From NCBI RefSeq assembly GCF_964188315.1, contig NC_135664.1, positions 45,322,001 through 45,386,000 of the forward strand: a DNA stretch of 64,000 nt. Direction: 5' to 3'. The notes beneath the pieces are model-generated. The model saw only the letters and a list, made by a program, of their open reading frames with translations, had not been told where the DNA came from and did no database searches. This document shows positions 1 to 13,400 of the stretch, in pieces; position 1 is the stretch's first letter, and every line of letters starts with the position of its first letter. The DNA comes from Podarcis muralis. Its lineage: Eukaryota. The position numbers were made by a program, and so were the translations under genes.

Positions 1-1
1 T

Positions 2-2736
2 GTGATTGGCAAGAACAGGTCAGCCACCATGGGGGACCAGGCAACCATGCCTTACACTCATGCTGTGATAAATGAAATTCAGCGATTTGCTGATGTTTCT
101 CCATTGATGCTGCCTCACATGGCGTACCGGGACACGACATTACAAGGCTTCTTCATCCCAAAGGTATAAGTTTTGCTAACAAAGTAAAGGTATTCTGAAG
201 AGAAGCAGGCAGACTTTTTCTTTTTTGCATGGAGTTGAACCAAATTTAAACTGCTTTATTTATTCACTGATCCCAAACTTAAGATTTCTCAAATGCCTTG
301 AATCTGCATGGGAAATGAACTCCTAAACTGCTTGGAAATATGCCCAGAAAGCAGGCGTCAAGCGGAAAACTGCTCAGACCTGTGTTTTCTAGGCACGGCA
401 CAAGCAGAAGGGCGGACGAGCCCATTGTCTCCAGAAGCCTAAGATATTTCAAAATAGAGACAGGATATAAGGAAAATACAGTGCTGTTGATTGTAATCCT
501 TTTACCAAATCCTCTTTCTTTGGACACACTTAGGGTACCACGGTCATCTTCAACCTGTCATCTGTACTGAAGGATGAAACTGTGTGGGAGAAGCCTTATG
601 AGTTTTACCCAGAGCATTTCCTTAATAAAAAGGGGGAATTTGTGAAACGAGAGGGCTTCCTGCCTTTCTCAGCAGGTAAATCCAGAGGACTAAAAGCTGG
701 GATATTTACTGTTTCATAATCACACATTTTAATATTGCAAGTGTTTTTTTCATGGTCACATTATAAGGGCTTCTTCAGACACAGTCCTTTGGGGTGTGGA
801 CAGTGCCAGATTTACGTATAAGCTAAACAAGCTTAGGGCCCCACTCTCTTGGGGGCCCCCAAAAAATTTAAAGGGAAAAAACCTGGATGTACATTCTCCA
901 AAATATAAGATAAAAAGCAAATAAACATTGATAAAATACATATTTTGTCATGTGCAAATGGCTTGAGATACCTATTAGGTCCATAAATTACCATATAACA
1001 TATATTCAACACAAAAAACAGCGACAATTTGTTGTTGACAAAGGACAGCTGGACATATAAGGGGCCCCATTACCTTTAGTAACTTAGGGCTTCATCAAAC
1101 GTAAATCCAGCCCTGGGTGTGGAGAGAGAGATCTACCCCTAAATCTTCGTTGTGGAGATACAAATGTTTGTGCTCACAATTATGCTCCCACTGAAGAGAA
1201 GTCACATTTGTGCAGCACTCAGAACAGCTATTTCCTTCTGGCAGTTTCCCCTTGTCCCATTCTTTTCCAAGGGGAAACCTGCTCTTTAGCGGTAGATCGG
1301 AACAAATGTTGATCCAGGGAAAACCCAAATTGCTGTTTGTTCGAATTGAGTGTTAAAGAGTGGTTTTGCCCAGGGGGAAGCAGCAGGACAAGAGGAAGTG
1401 TACATAAGCCTAAACCACAACCTCCTTCTTTAGTTTTCAGAGGGAGGATAGCCCCATTCAGCATGGGTTGAATCCCTATCCACTGATCTGCCTTTCAAAT
1501 CTTTGTCTTTTCTGGATTAAGCTTCAATTTACGTGGCTCTTGGAGGAGTGCCAGCCCTCAGTGCACCCCCCCCCCCCAGTTTGCCAGCCCTTGTTTTAAG
1601 ACTTGGCTATAACAAAACAACAACAACAACTTATTACTTGTACCCCGCCCATTTGACTGGGCTGCCCCAGCCATCCTGAGTGGCTTTCAGCAGAATATTA
1701 AACAAAACAAAATATGACACATCAGATTGTGATAGATGGTTCATCCAATTATGGTGTGGAGAAATACAGGAGACAAATTTTTATCTCCTTCTCATAGAAT
1801 AAAAATGCAAATCAGGCAAAAAAATTGATTGGCATTCAGGATAGACACAACAAAATAATTCACCACACAGTGCAATTCACTTCCTGAAGACATGGGGACG
1901 GCCTGGTCTGCGGTCGCTGCAGAATTAGGTCAGGAATCAGAATAAGGTGACAGAATTCTGTGGTAGAACAGATGGAATAATTTCAAAATTGTAAGTCACT
2001 TTTTATGAGACATTAGCATCACCATTGCTGTGACCCTGTCACTGCCTCTGAGACTTGATCTGAAATGCTCATAAAAGCAACTGATGGCAAAAGATAGGGA
2101 GAGGGCCAAAGTCCAGTGGCAGAGCCTCTGCTTTGCATGCAGAAGGTTCCAGGTTCAATCCTCAGCATCTCCAGGTGCTGGAGAGACCCCTGTCTGAAAT
2201 TCTGGAGACCCAGTCAGTGCCGACAATACTGAACTAGATGGAGCAATACTGAACTCAGTATAGGGCAGCTTCCTGTGTTCTTGCTCCACTTCCCTCTCCC
2301 CAATCCCCATACAGTTTGGGTGTCTTCAAAATGATTTTCTTCTTAACTGGTGGCTTTGCTCATTTGGCCCCTCACACCAGTGCCGTATGTCTTTCTTTTC
2401 TTCAAAGGGTGTTGTGCACACCACCAACCACCTGTGAATTAACCATCTCCAAAGCACCTGTCTGGGGCCTTTCTGTGTAGGGTCTTGCAGTCTGCATGCT
2501 CACTGGAACAGCCACTTACGAAATGACACTTAGCTTGATGTCCTCTTTCTTTTTCAGGTTTGCGTGTGTGTCCAGGAGAACAGCTAGCCAGGACAGAGCT
2601 CTTCCTCTTCCTCACCAGCCTCCTTCAGCATTTCACCTTCTGCTTCCCAGAGAACCAGTCTAAACCTCAACAAGAATCTCGCTTTAGCTTGACAGTAGCG
2701 CCGCCACCCTTGCAGATCCAGGCTATTCCAAGATAA
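2..2736 (+). CDS. CYP2D: Cytochrome P450 CYP2D-like (CYP-A), 3' part only: exon 7 (partial) 2-163, exon 8 534-675, exon 9 2558-2736 (TAA)
   Basis: GT-AG exons of 142 and 179 nt match CYP2 exon 8/9 sizes. Translation contains K-helix EIQR, PEHFL meander, heme motif [11 protein letters not shown] and the C-terminus ...QAIPR*. Subfamily assigned from recalled similarity to CYP2D6 and from synteny. Confidence 0.93.
801..1115. mobile_element. hAT-type non-autonomous element (MITE) with 8-bp TSD GGTGTGGA
   Basis: TIRs CAGTGCCAGATTTACGT / ACGTAAATCCAGCCCTG; identical 8-mer at 793-800 and 1116-1123. Confidence 0.85.
2098..2283 (+). mobile_element. tRNA-derived squamate SINE (Squam3-like)
   Basis: tRNA-like head (CAGTGGCAGAGC...GGTTCAATCC) and the typical ...GACAATACTGAACTAGATGG...GGCAGCTTCCTGTGTTC body; family name from recall. 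Confidence 0.7.
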
Positions 2737-2898
2737 CTATAGATACCTGCAACACACTTGTGCTGCACTCAAACTTATCATGTGGTTACTGAAATCTCAC
2801 AGGGTGACCCAGATAATCACTTTCTCTCCCAGTTCACTGGAATTTAAATCTCACTTTGAACAATGACTCTTTTTGTTCAGAATTTCTAAAAGCATGCA

Positions 2899-3158
2899 CA
2901 GTGATACCTTGGGATGCGAACGGGATCCGTTCCAGAGCCCCATTCGCATCCTGAATGGAACGTAAGACGCGATGGCATGTCTGCACGTGTGCGGGTCGTG
3001 TTTTGCTGCTTCTGCACATGCGTGTGACGTCATTTAGAGCATCTGCGCATGCGCGAGTGGCGAAACCTGGAAGTAATGTGCTCCGTTACTTCCAGGTTGC
3101 CGTGGAGCGCAACCTGAAAGTGCTCAACCTGAAGCACATTCAACCCGAGGTATGACTG
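2899..3158. mobile_element. Tc1/mariner-pogo (Tigger-like) MITE
   Basis: CAGTGATACC...GGTATGACTG termini followed by TA; shares internal sequence with the copy at 41312. Confidence 0.75.
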
Positions 3159-3905
3159 TATATGTGCCTGGTCCTTTTAGACCATGATGGGGCAAAGACA
3201 TTTGAACGAGCTGGATTCAGAAATATATCTTTCCCTTATTATTTTCAATCAAGTGATTACATATCTTATTAAACTGATTTTGTTCATATTATCCAAACTG
3301 CTCTTCCATCATTTTGAACTATCTATATCAGGGCAGTCCAACCTCTCAGACCAAGTGGGCTGCAAGAGGACTTCACGCACTGCTTTGTTGCAGCGGAGAC
3401 AGGGAGCGAGGCCAAAATTTGACACCCAATAGCTCTCACACTGCCTTCCCAAAGCAAGCTAAGTGAGGTGCTGGGCTTTGGGAAAGGTGTGACCATATCA
3501 TTAATGTCCTTGCAAGCGAGGGAAGAATGGGGAGAGAACCAGCGCTAACTGGCTCTTCCTACCATTAGCTCTTCCCTTTGTGACCCCTGGCTCATCCTAC
3601 CCCTGGCTTTGCCTTCTGTTAGCTGCCCCTGCCTTCTGGCCCAGCAGAAACAATGGTCCCCAGAAGCCACTGCTATCAAATACTCAGACTAGAAGCAGAG
3701 ACTAGTCAGAGTGGAGGTGTGGTAGAGTCTGAGTGTTTTGGTTGACATGCAATTAATAATTTTAAAAAATGATCTGCCATGGAATGTGGTGACCCTCTAA
3801 TTCTACGCTTTGGGGCAAGGACAGTTTGCTAGGTGGAAAAGGGGGTGGAAGGCATTTCCCCTTGTAGGGCAAGAACAAATAGTTGAATTTATGTAATCAG
3901 AAGTA

Positions 3906-4094
3906 CGGCTGTACCTTGGAAGTCAAATGAAATCCGTTCCGGAAGTCCGTTTGACTTCTGAAATGTTCAGAAACCAAGGCGCGGCTTCCAAATGGTTTCC
4001 GATTGCACAAAAAACACACGTTCTAAAACCGGAACAGTCACTTCCAGTTTTCAAGCGTTTGGGAGCCGGAACGTTTGACTCCCAAGTATGACTG
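3906..4094. mobile_element. Tigger-like MITE
   Basis: TA|CGGCTGTACCTTGG...CCCAAGTATGACTG|TA. Confidence 0.7.
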
Positions 4095-4438
4095 TATCTA
4101 CAAAGCTGCCTTCTACGGGAGGGGAAAAACATCACTCAAGACAAAATGACACAAAGCAATAATTATATTTAAAAATAAATAAATACAATTAGTAAATCAC
4201 AATGACTTTGAAGACTCCCTTCAGACATCTCCATGGTGATGAATTTGCTGTCTTCCCCTGCCACTTCAGAGGGAAGGAGAGAGTTGTTCAAATCTGTAAA
4301 AATTCATTTCAAAATCATAGACTTCTGGGACATTGGGATGCATTCTGTTATTTGGTGATTTCGAGGATGGGGAACCTGTGAACTTCCACCTTCCCCAGCC
4401 AGCATAGTCAGTGGTGATGAGAACCTTAGTATTGCAAC

Positions 4439-4566
4439 CAGAGCTTTTTCTTCAGCTGGAACTCACTGGAACTCAGTTCCGGCCCCTCTCGGGTAGGTGC
4501 CATTCTAAGAGAACAAGGGAGGCGTTCATGGTGAGTTCTGCACCTCTTTTTCTAGAAAAATAGCAG
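4439..4566. mobile_element. hAT-type MITE with 8-bp TSD ATTGCAAC
   Basis: Identical 8-mer at 4431-4438 and 4567-4574; imperfect TIRs CAGAGCTTTTT / AAAAATAGCAG. Confidence 0.8.
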
Positions 4567-6019
4567 ATTGCAACAATGTCTGGAGGGCCACAAGAGATAA
4601 CAGGATGCCTCTATTTAGAAGAAGCATTCCCTCCTGGGAAAGGGGAGGCCTCTTACTTTGTATAACCCTGCCTCCTGTGGGATGCCATTGGGGACTGAAC
4701 CTGGGAGATTTCGCATGTAAGGCAGGAGCTCTATTGCTGAGCCACAGCCTGGCAGGATGGAAGGCATCTTCACAAACGGTTCTTGCTGCAACATAGGCAC
4801 ACCTCAGCTATGTTAGGGCCAATAATTTCAATAGGTATACTCTGAGTAACAGTCAGGTGCAGATTCATAATTTTATTAAAACTAAACTTGTTTTTTAAAA
4901 ATTCATTTCTGTTCAATTTGTTTACTGCCTTTCTACACTGCTATGCACAGGTCAGTTCTACAAGCCAAAGAAATGACAAAATCTACAACTAAGTTCCCAC
5001 CCTAGACTAAGTCAATCCAATGCAAATATGTTATAATGAAAACTATATATATAATTGTAAAAATGAATGACTTAAGTCAATTATAATATTTCATGGTAAA
5101 ATCAACCTTCAGAATACCAGCAAAGAAATGCCAAATCACTCCCAACAATTGCAACAATTAATTAATTAATTGCTGCCATTATTGTTTATAATCAATCAAA
5201 GTCACAATATGTAAAATATAGAAATATTGGGTACGTTCCTCCTCTTACGTCTGCCACCCCACCTACAATTCCTATACCTGCTTCAATTTACTACAATCAT
5301 CTAATATTAGCTGGAAAAAACATGTTTATCCAGTTGATGTGTGTCTTTTTTAAGACGGGAGGGGGTGAGATTTTTGCTTTGAAATAGTGACATCTAGGGG
5401 AGCAGGATCACAAGGAGCAGGACCACATCCACATCCACACTCACACCATACATTATAAAGCACTTTATAAACAGCCATAGCTTCCTCTAAAGATGTTAAA
5501 GCTGTCAAGAGTTGCTAGAAGTCCCCCATTCTCCTCCTAGAGCTACCATTCCCAGAGTTCCCTGTGAAGAGGGATAGATTATTAAACTATTCTGGGAATG
5601 CAGGAAAGCCAGAAAGCAAGGAGAATGAACCAGAGAAAGAAAATGGAAGTGAGGGTGGGAGAGGGAAGGCTTTCCTGAATAAATTGCCCCGGGGAGGAGA
5701 AGGCATTGCTGCCATGAGCAAGTGGGCAGGAAGCAGGAAAGGGTGTGTGTGTCACCCAGAGGCAAATTTGCCATCCCTCCCATAGAAGGGGCCCAGACTC
5801 CAAGTTTTCATTTTAATTTTTTAAAAAGTAAGTCTCTAGGCCTTCTGGAAAGAAAGTTATGAAACAAAATGTGCAGGCACACTTCTAAGCAATATCTCTG
5901 AGAAAAGCCAGTCTGGCTGCTCCTGATTTTCAGTGTTTTAAGCTAATGAGTGAAGTTGGAACTGTGATTGATGAATGAGTTGTTTGGACACCAGGATACT
6001 GGAATCCCTTAAGTCCAAA

Positions 6020-7150
6020 AGAGCAGCTGTCTCCTCGACATGATTTTACCAAAACACATTAAGTGCAAATAGATGTTAAAGAATCCTCTCACCCCCTGCT
6101 GTGGCAAATACAGAAAGGAAAAACTTTGCAAAGCAACTTAGGCAGGCCTCCTGCTGTTCAGGAGCTAAAGACCAGGCACTCATCCAGATTGTTCTCCTGT
6201 GGGAGACACAACTACAAGCCCCTGGTTTAGGAAACGCCAGAGGTGTGGCTGTCCTGATAAGCAAACTCTGCCCTCTGAGTGTTGAGGAAAGTTTGGCAGA
6301 CCCAGCAGGCAGATACCTCTTTGTTCATGGTGTCATAGACAGCCATCCAATCACCATCACTGGTTTATAGGAACCCAACTCAGCACAACAAGACTTTATT
6401 TGGGAGACATTAACAGAATTAGACCATTTTAAGACGACAGATTATATTAGGAGACTTAAATTGCTGCAGTCGTGACTCGAAGGACTGAAGTAAGTATCAG
6501 TATATGAACAAATTCTACAACCTCTGCCTGGAAGAAATATTAACTGAATGGGACCTGGTGGACACTTGGCAGGCACTGCATCCAGAAGGCAGGGAATCCT
6601 CATAAATCAATGTCACCCATAGACCTAATATTAATACCAAAAGGTGATCTTCATCAGGTGGTGAGTGCAGAAACTGGGTCTATAACAGTCTCTGATCATG
6701 CACCAGTCTCCATTAACTTAAACTTTGGTGCACTTCCCCCCAGAACCCAAAACTGGTACTTTGACCTTGGTCTTCTCACTTGCGCAGCGTCCAAAGAATG
6801 TTTAGCTAAACCTTTGGACCTTTACTTTAAAGAGAATGACTTGCATATGGAAATAAAACAAAATGAGAATATGAGGGAAGCCCTGGGGAGGGGGGGAATA
6901 TGGAAAATTGTTATATTGTTAGAGGATGTTTACATGGAAAGACTAATATTTTTTTTTTTTAAAAAAAGAGAATGACTTGCCAGACATAGGTGCCCCAGTA
7001 CTGTGGGATGCAATTAAGGCTGTTCAAAGGGTTAACTGCATGTGTGAGGTGATCAGAAGGAAGAGAATGTATGAACAAGAGGTTAAAATCTCACTGCAGA
7101 AATTAAAAAGCTTGAGGTGATATACTCTGGGAGTGCAAGCCAAATATCTT
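6020..7150 (+). mobile_element. Degenerate L1-clade LINE ORF2 endonuclease fragment
   Basis: Broken reading frames encode GVAVLISK, DPAGRYLFVHG, GDLN-like and SDHAPV motifs of an APE-like endonuclease; interrupted by stops and frameshifts. Limits approximate. Confidence 0.75.
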
Positions 7151-7407
7151 GTAACACATGCTTGCATTTTCCATGGCTGGGTTTGTTTGCTTTTTGCTCT
7201 GACTCCACAACTTTAACAGTTGGTTGATCTTTGATTTTATTTTTTTATATGGTTTTATTGTATGGTGTTATGGTTGTAAACTGCGCTGATATTACTCATT
7301 GGTATGTTTATTAATACATAAAATGAATAAATGCTTCATGTTCCTGGCTTCTGTAGCTGCTTTTGAGGTTAATGGTTAAACTGTAAGATACACTAAGCTT
7401 AGAAATA

Positions 7408-10400
7408 TTATCTAGGAATGGCACAAATCTGGAAAGGGGATGGACTAACGATTAGGGTAAATACTCTTTCTATCTTGGGCCTGGGACAGTTTTTGGGAAA
7501 GCAAAAGGTGAAATGCTGCAGAAGGCTGGTGAAGAAGAGGAAGAGCTCCATTTTGGACAGGGGTTCTCCAGGGCAGGCATGGCGACCTGTAGGAAAAGGA
7601 GACATAGTATTTTGTGCATGAGATCAGGAGGAAGGGGTGGATCGGACTGCACCTATAGGCTCCACTCTGGCCTGCATCTTGTGTATTTAAAACCTGGTCA
7701 GTATCCACCTCCCCACCTGGTCCCTCATCGGATCTCCGTCCCCCTCTCCCTCCCTCCCTCTTTTCTAGGCTTTTTAGCTATGCTTGACCTTGCTTGCTAT
7801 GGACAAATTGCTGGTCGCCATATTCAGAGCCGGGCAGGAATTTGTCCATCAGATTAACCTCATCGCAATACCTCTTCCCCCCTCCCTTTACACTGTAACA
7901 AAAACTGATGAAATTGCTGCCTCTAGTCTAGCTTTGTTTTACTGTAACTTTGTCAAAGGTCTTGTTATTTTCTCCACACAAAACTGCCTTACCACACTAC
8001 CCACTACAGATAGCTGACTGGATCAATAAATAGGTACCAGAGGTTAAAGGGCTGTTCATCAGTAGGAACAAAGATCTCCATCTGGTGTCAACAGAGAGAA
8101 CCAAACTGTGGGAGGCAGCAGTGGGGAGGGGCTGGTTCACTCGCCGCCCTTTGCTCTTGCAGTCCAGGCTACAGGGAGGCGCAAAATTTAGCTTCCTACG
8201 CACACTGGTCCTCGCAATTCTTTTAAAATTTAAAGAGTGAGCTGAGCCTACCTAGCTATTATTATCTCAGAGTCTCTGGATTTAATTATTAGTCCCAAGT
8301 GGCCAAAAGATTAATATACTAATATTAACCCCTTGATTTGGATCAGTAGCAAATGAGCAACCAGTGCAGGTCTCTGGACAGAGGGGTTATGCGCTGTTAG
8401 GGTCTCTCTCCCATCAGGATTCATGCCACAACATTTTGCTTATGAATCAAGCACAAAGGAAGCCCCATACAGAGCGCATTGCAGTAATTCAATCTTAATG
8501 GCACTAGAGAGATTAAATATCAAAAGAAGAAGAGACAACAAGAAGTAAAAGCAAAGTTGCATTCTGCCTGTCCCACTCCCTGAAAAGCTCATCTATCAGA
8601 GCGACTCCGCCCCATGGCCATGCTCGAATCCAGATTGGAATGGATCTAAACCTGCCCAGTTAGAAGGGGTGTTAGTGTAAATTAAATATTGCTGTTAATT
8701 GCATTGATCGTGCTTGGGTCTGTCTCTTGAGTTGTCCTCAACTGATTTATGTTTCGAGTTGGAATGCCAGCTGTGGCGGTCCACCTGAATACAGCTCAAG
8801 ACTACAAGTTTCTGGCATGACTCCATACCCCCCCTTTCTCACCTGAAAGGGGGGTGTCTGTGTGTGTTGACTGATATACAGCCAGCTGCATCCAGCAGCC
8901 ATGTGTGAGCCTCTCTCTAGTTTAAGTCTCTTTTACTATTTTGACTACAGCCTCCTAAGACAAGGTTACTATACTTAGTAGGGTATAGTATATGGTGCAC
9001 TAGCATCTCCTAACTTCATGTATATAGTGTGAATAATAATGGTCTTATGGCTATAAAGCACTTTATTTCTAACGGTGTAGCCAAAGAATTTTCTCCACCA
9101 TCAACTCTGAAATGGCTGACAACGGTAAAGGACAAAGATCCTGAAGCTCTGCTGTGCCACCCTGCTGGTTACCCAGGTAGAGGTGTGATCTTAAACCATG
9201 ACCACTATTTTCTTAACCTGAATTGGAATGCCACTACGGCCTACATCCTCTGCAGCCACAGAACTGCTTGTCACTGTAAAACACACTTAAAATGTGCCCA
9301 AAGCTGAATTCAACACAGTCACAGACTGCAGTGGTTCTGAAAAATGGCTTATGTATTTCAAATAACCACACACAAATATAAACCACTTGTGAAGTACAAT
9401 CTGAAATGTCTATGTCTTCTCAATATTTTCTCCTTGGAAGGTAGCCAGGAAATAGGGGAAGTTGGTTGTAAAGTATGATCCTGATAATCTCAAGGAGCTG
9501 ACTATGGAAACCTGTTACTCTTGCTTTCCCATCAGGCGGGAAAGAGAAAGGAAGATAACAGGACAGCTTGTAATCTTTCCCCTTATACCTCAGCCATTCC
9601 TCTCTTGGATTTACCTAGAGAGAAAGGTAGGAAGGCCTCTCGCTTGACAAACTGCCCATTTGCATCCAGGAAGTGCTCTGGGTAGAATTCATGTGGCTTC
9701 TCCCACATTGTCTCATCCTTTAGCACAGAGGACAGATGATTAAAGACGGCAGTCTCCTAAAATGGCAGAGAAACCAAGAGATTAGAATCCATTGCTGGTA
9801 AGGTAAGCTTGTGGGTGGCTGGAGCACACATCAGCAGCAGGGGGCCAAGTCCAAGGATATTCAGTGCTGAGTCCAGGCCTGCATGGAGGAGAGATAGAGG
9901 AGGAAAGAGCTTATCAGGACCAATGTGTGTAATATTTTCAGGAAGTTCTTAAAGACAATTTGCAGAAATGTGGAGAACTGAATGTAAGATTTGAAAAATT
10001 AGACATTACAGGAAAGACAGATTGAGAGATTCTTCCATTCCCATTACGAAGTCACCCCTCTGATTCAAGGCAATTGTGGAAGAAGGTATGTCATTTAAAT
10101 CTGCAAGTAATGTGTCCTATGAAGTACCTGTCTGAAATGTGCTTATTTACATTTATTTACTTATTGCCTCTACATCCCATCTTCATGGCAGCATGCATAC
10201 CGGTAGTTCCTCCTCCATTTCATCCTCATAACAGGGCTACTGAGGTATGTTAGGCTGAGAAAAGGTGATTGGCTCAGCATCACCCAGTGGCCTTCATGGG
10301 CCTGAGTAGGGTGCTGGATTCCCTACTCATCTGTGAAAAAACAGAAAGTTCCTTTTGCTACGGTTCCTGGTATTTCCAGTACTACTCTTAAAAGGGTTTT

Positions 10401-13400
10401 ATACTAGACATTTAGGCCTACCAAGTTCTCTCTCCTTGCAATTCTTGACTATGTGACCGTGTTGTGTGATCCTTCCAGGCTGCATTTTACACTAATGGCT
10501 GCTGGCAGCATAGAAATTTAACACAAGCTGTTTCTCCGGCATAACATTTGGGGTTGGTTTGCAGTGCTGGTTTACGGTAACAGAAGAGGCAACACATTGT
10601 GCCTGCTGTGTGGTCATAATTGCTCCCTATTTAAAGCATGCACTAGCCAGCTTTGAGTTAGTCTGTCTCTTGTTCAATTGATGTGTAAGTAGTTAGTATG
10701 AATTCCTGCAACTTTTTTTACTTTGCAGCCATGAGTTCCAGTTCAATCGACTTTTGCTACTGTTAGCATAAAGATCTCTCACGTGTGACCACCCTGGTTC
10801 TGATTTACCTTAGGAATGACAAACTTGCCAACCTCAGTATCTCTGTGGACCATATATGGCGTTGCAACAGGTAAAACATCAGCACATCGTTGAATTTCAT
10901 GTATCACAGCGCAAGTATAAGGCAGCTTCAACTGATCTTCCATCACAGGTGATCGTACCCTGCCAATCTCTTCATCAATTTCTTCTTGGACCCTTTCTGG
11001 AAATATTCATTTAGAAGTATTATTGCATTGCATATGTGTCTTAATCCTTCCAATTCTCCAAGCATGTTATGGTAGCATGTTGTTGTTTGCATAGAAAGTT
11101 TCAGCAGCCCTGGACACTCTGCGAGCTTTAAGGCTGAGCACAGATTTGAATCTGGGGCTCCAAGTAGGGGTCTGCTGAATATCCTCCACATAACCCAAAT
11201 AGTGATTCAATCTTTGGTGGGTGGTGGTTTAGTTTATCATTTGTTTATATAATCTATGCAGTTCGTCTCCATTGTAGACATGTACATTTCCCACATCGTC
11301 TCAGCTGTTTCAAATTCTTTTATCTTCATTAATCTGCACTGTAACTAATAGCTCAGTTGATAGAGCATAGATCTGAGGCCCACATTGGGCAAAAGATTCC
11401 TGCATTATAGGGGGTTGAATCAGATGAGCCTCAGAGTACCTTCCATCTCGACAATTCTATGAAGTAACATCAGACTTAGGTGTTCAAATGCCTATTCGTT
11501 TGAAGGCAGACATACTTAAGGGGCACTCAGATATTCAGAAGTGGATATATTTGTGAATAAATAAAAAACCACCTTTTTGAAAAATACCCAGATGAGAGCC
11601 TATGAGCATCAACATTTAAGGACACAGATTAAAAAAATTCTCCAGAGTTAGTGCAGAGTTGTTACAAAGTTATACATAGTTAGGGCAAAGAAACAGCTTC
11701 CAAAATACAAATAAAGTTTTATTAGGCAAAGCAGCTTTGTTTTCCAAGTGCTTGGTTCCAACTGCCTTGTTTCTGTTTTGAGCCATTTCATAATTGTAAT
11801 TTATTTATTGAATTGTTATCCTGGCCTTCCTCCTGATGTGGAAGTTTTGAATCCAAATCAGATCTAAAGCAATTGCACAGCTAACTTGCCCATGAGTAAG
11901 CCTTTCAATTGGAAAACCCCATGAGGGATCAGTCTATCTTCCCCAATACTGAATACTTACTCTGAACCTCAGGATGATTGACCATGTTCAACAGTCCCCA
12001 GAGTACGGTGGAAGAACTTGTTTCAGTGCCAGCCATAAACAGGTCAACAAGGATATTAATAAGGTTTTGCTCATTAAAACTGCTATCTGGTTTCCCTTTA
12101 GCCTGAAGGAAATGGAACAAGTTAGTAACTCACATGGAAATAGCACAATATCATGTCATATTTGTTAGAGAATAGTGTGTACTAATGATCTTTCCCCTTG
12201 CTATCAATAGTATATATCTGACCAAAGCAAAGTGAATAATAAAGGAAAAGCTGCTCAGTTTCTTGAGAAATACTGCATTTCATAAAGCACATGGGTGTTG
12301 AAAAAAATGGCAGCCTCATCCCACAGTAACATCTAATACAGCCTAGTTCTTTCTTTGGCATAATTGCACTGAGCAATAAACTCACCAGAGCATAGGTTGT
12401 CATTGTCTGGGCATATGAAACAACTGCTTAATAACTGCTTGTTTGTTTATTTAATTTGTCTCCCATCTTTTTCTCCAAGGTACTTCAGGAGGTGAACTCA
12501 AATGCACAAGCTGATGTCAGGGTAAAGAGTTAGAGGTGTTTACCCACCAGGTCTTGTAATTTTACTGGCATGGTTTAGATGGCAGAAATTCTAAATAAAT
12601 CAATCCTAATGAAGAAGCTACAAAAGAAGTCCCAGTGGTTCTGTGTCTATAAATGTCTTCCTACCTTATCTATCTCCTCCAGAAATGCATCAATCAAATC
12701 TCTTGGGAAGGTAGGATCTCTGGTTTTCTTATGTTCACTCACAATCTCTTTTAGAATTATACTAATATCTCCATAGCGTTTCTGCAGTTTACGATGAGGT
12801 CCAGGAAAATAGGACAACCAGGATCCTGCAGCAATAAGCTGGCAGGGCAGAAATCAGAGAAAGAAGAGATATCACAACCTTTTCAGATACAAAAGACATT
12901 TAATAAATATTTCACTAGAAGTGAAAGTGCATTCTGATAGGTAGTTCCTAACCAGTCAGTTCTTCATACTGACGGGGAGATTATTCCTTGCCAGCTTCAC
13001 TCCCATTCCCTCCCTCACATCCACCCTGTGGTACAGAGTTCCAGAGACTGAGCATATCCATTGATAATTAACTTTTCTTAGCCATAATCTGTGGGGATGT
13101 TAGGAGATACAAGGGTCTCTGAATAGGCTGGTAGGCTCTCATTAGTGGGAGAAGCCAGCTCCTTCAGATATCCTAGTCCTAAAACATAAAGAGCTTTCAA
13201 TGTCATTACCAGTTATCCGCCAACTTTTAAAGCATATATTATATATCTTTTTAATACCACTTAGAGGTTTTATGAAATAAAATAAAGGGTGGCCTTCTGT
13301 TAAGGTTTACTCAGAGTAAACCTACTGAATTCAATAGACCAGTTTTACTCATGTTCTTTAAGTGAGTCAATTCTGAGTAAAACATAGCTGAATTTTGCAC

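Noticed and set aside
2098-2180. tRNA-like sequence, also seen at the heads of the Sauria SINEs and at 11346
   Set aside because: SINE heads derived from tRNA; no complete cloverleaf, so not tRNA genes.
8670-9220. Possible solo LTR starting TGTTAG after a purine run
   Set aside because: No matching CA end with a target-site duplication could be found.
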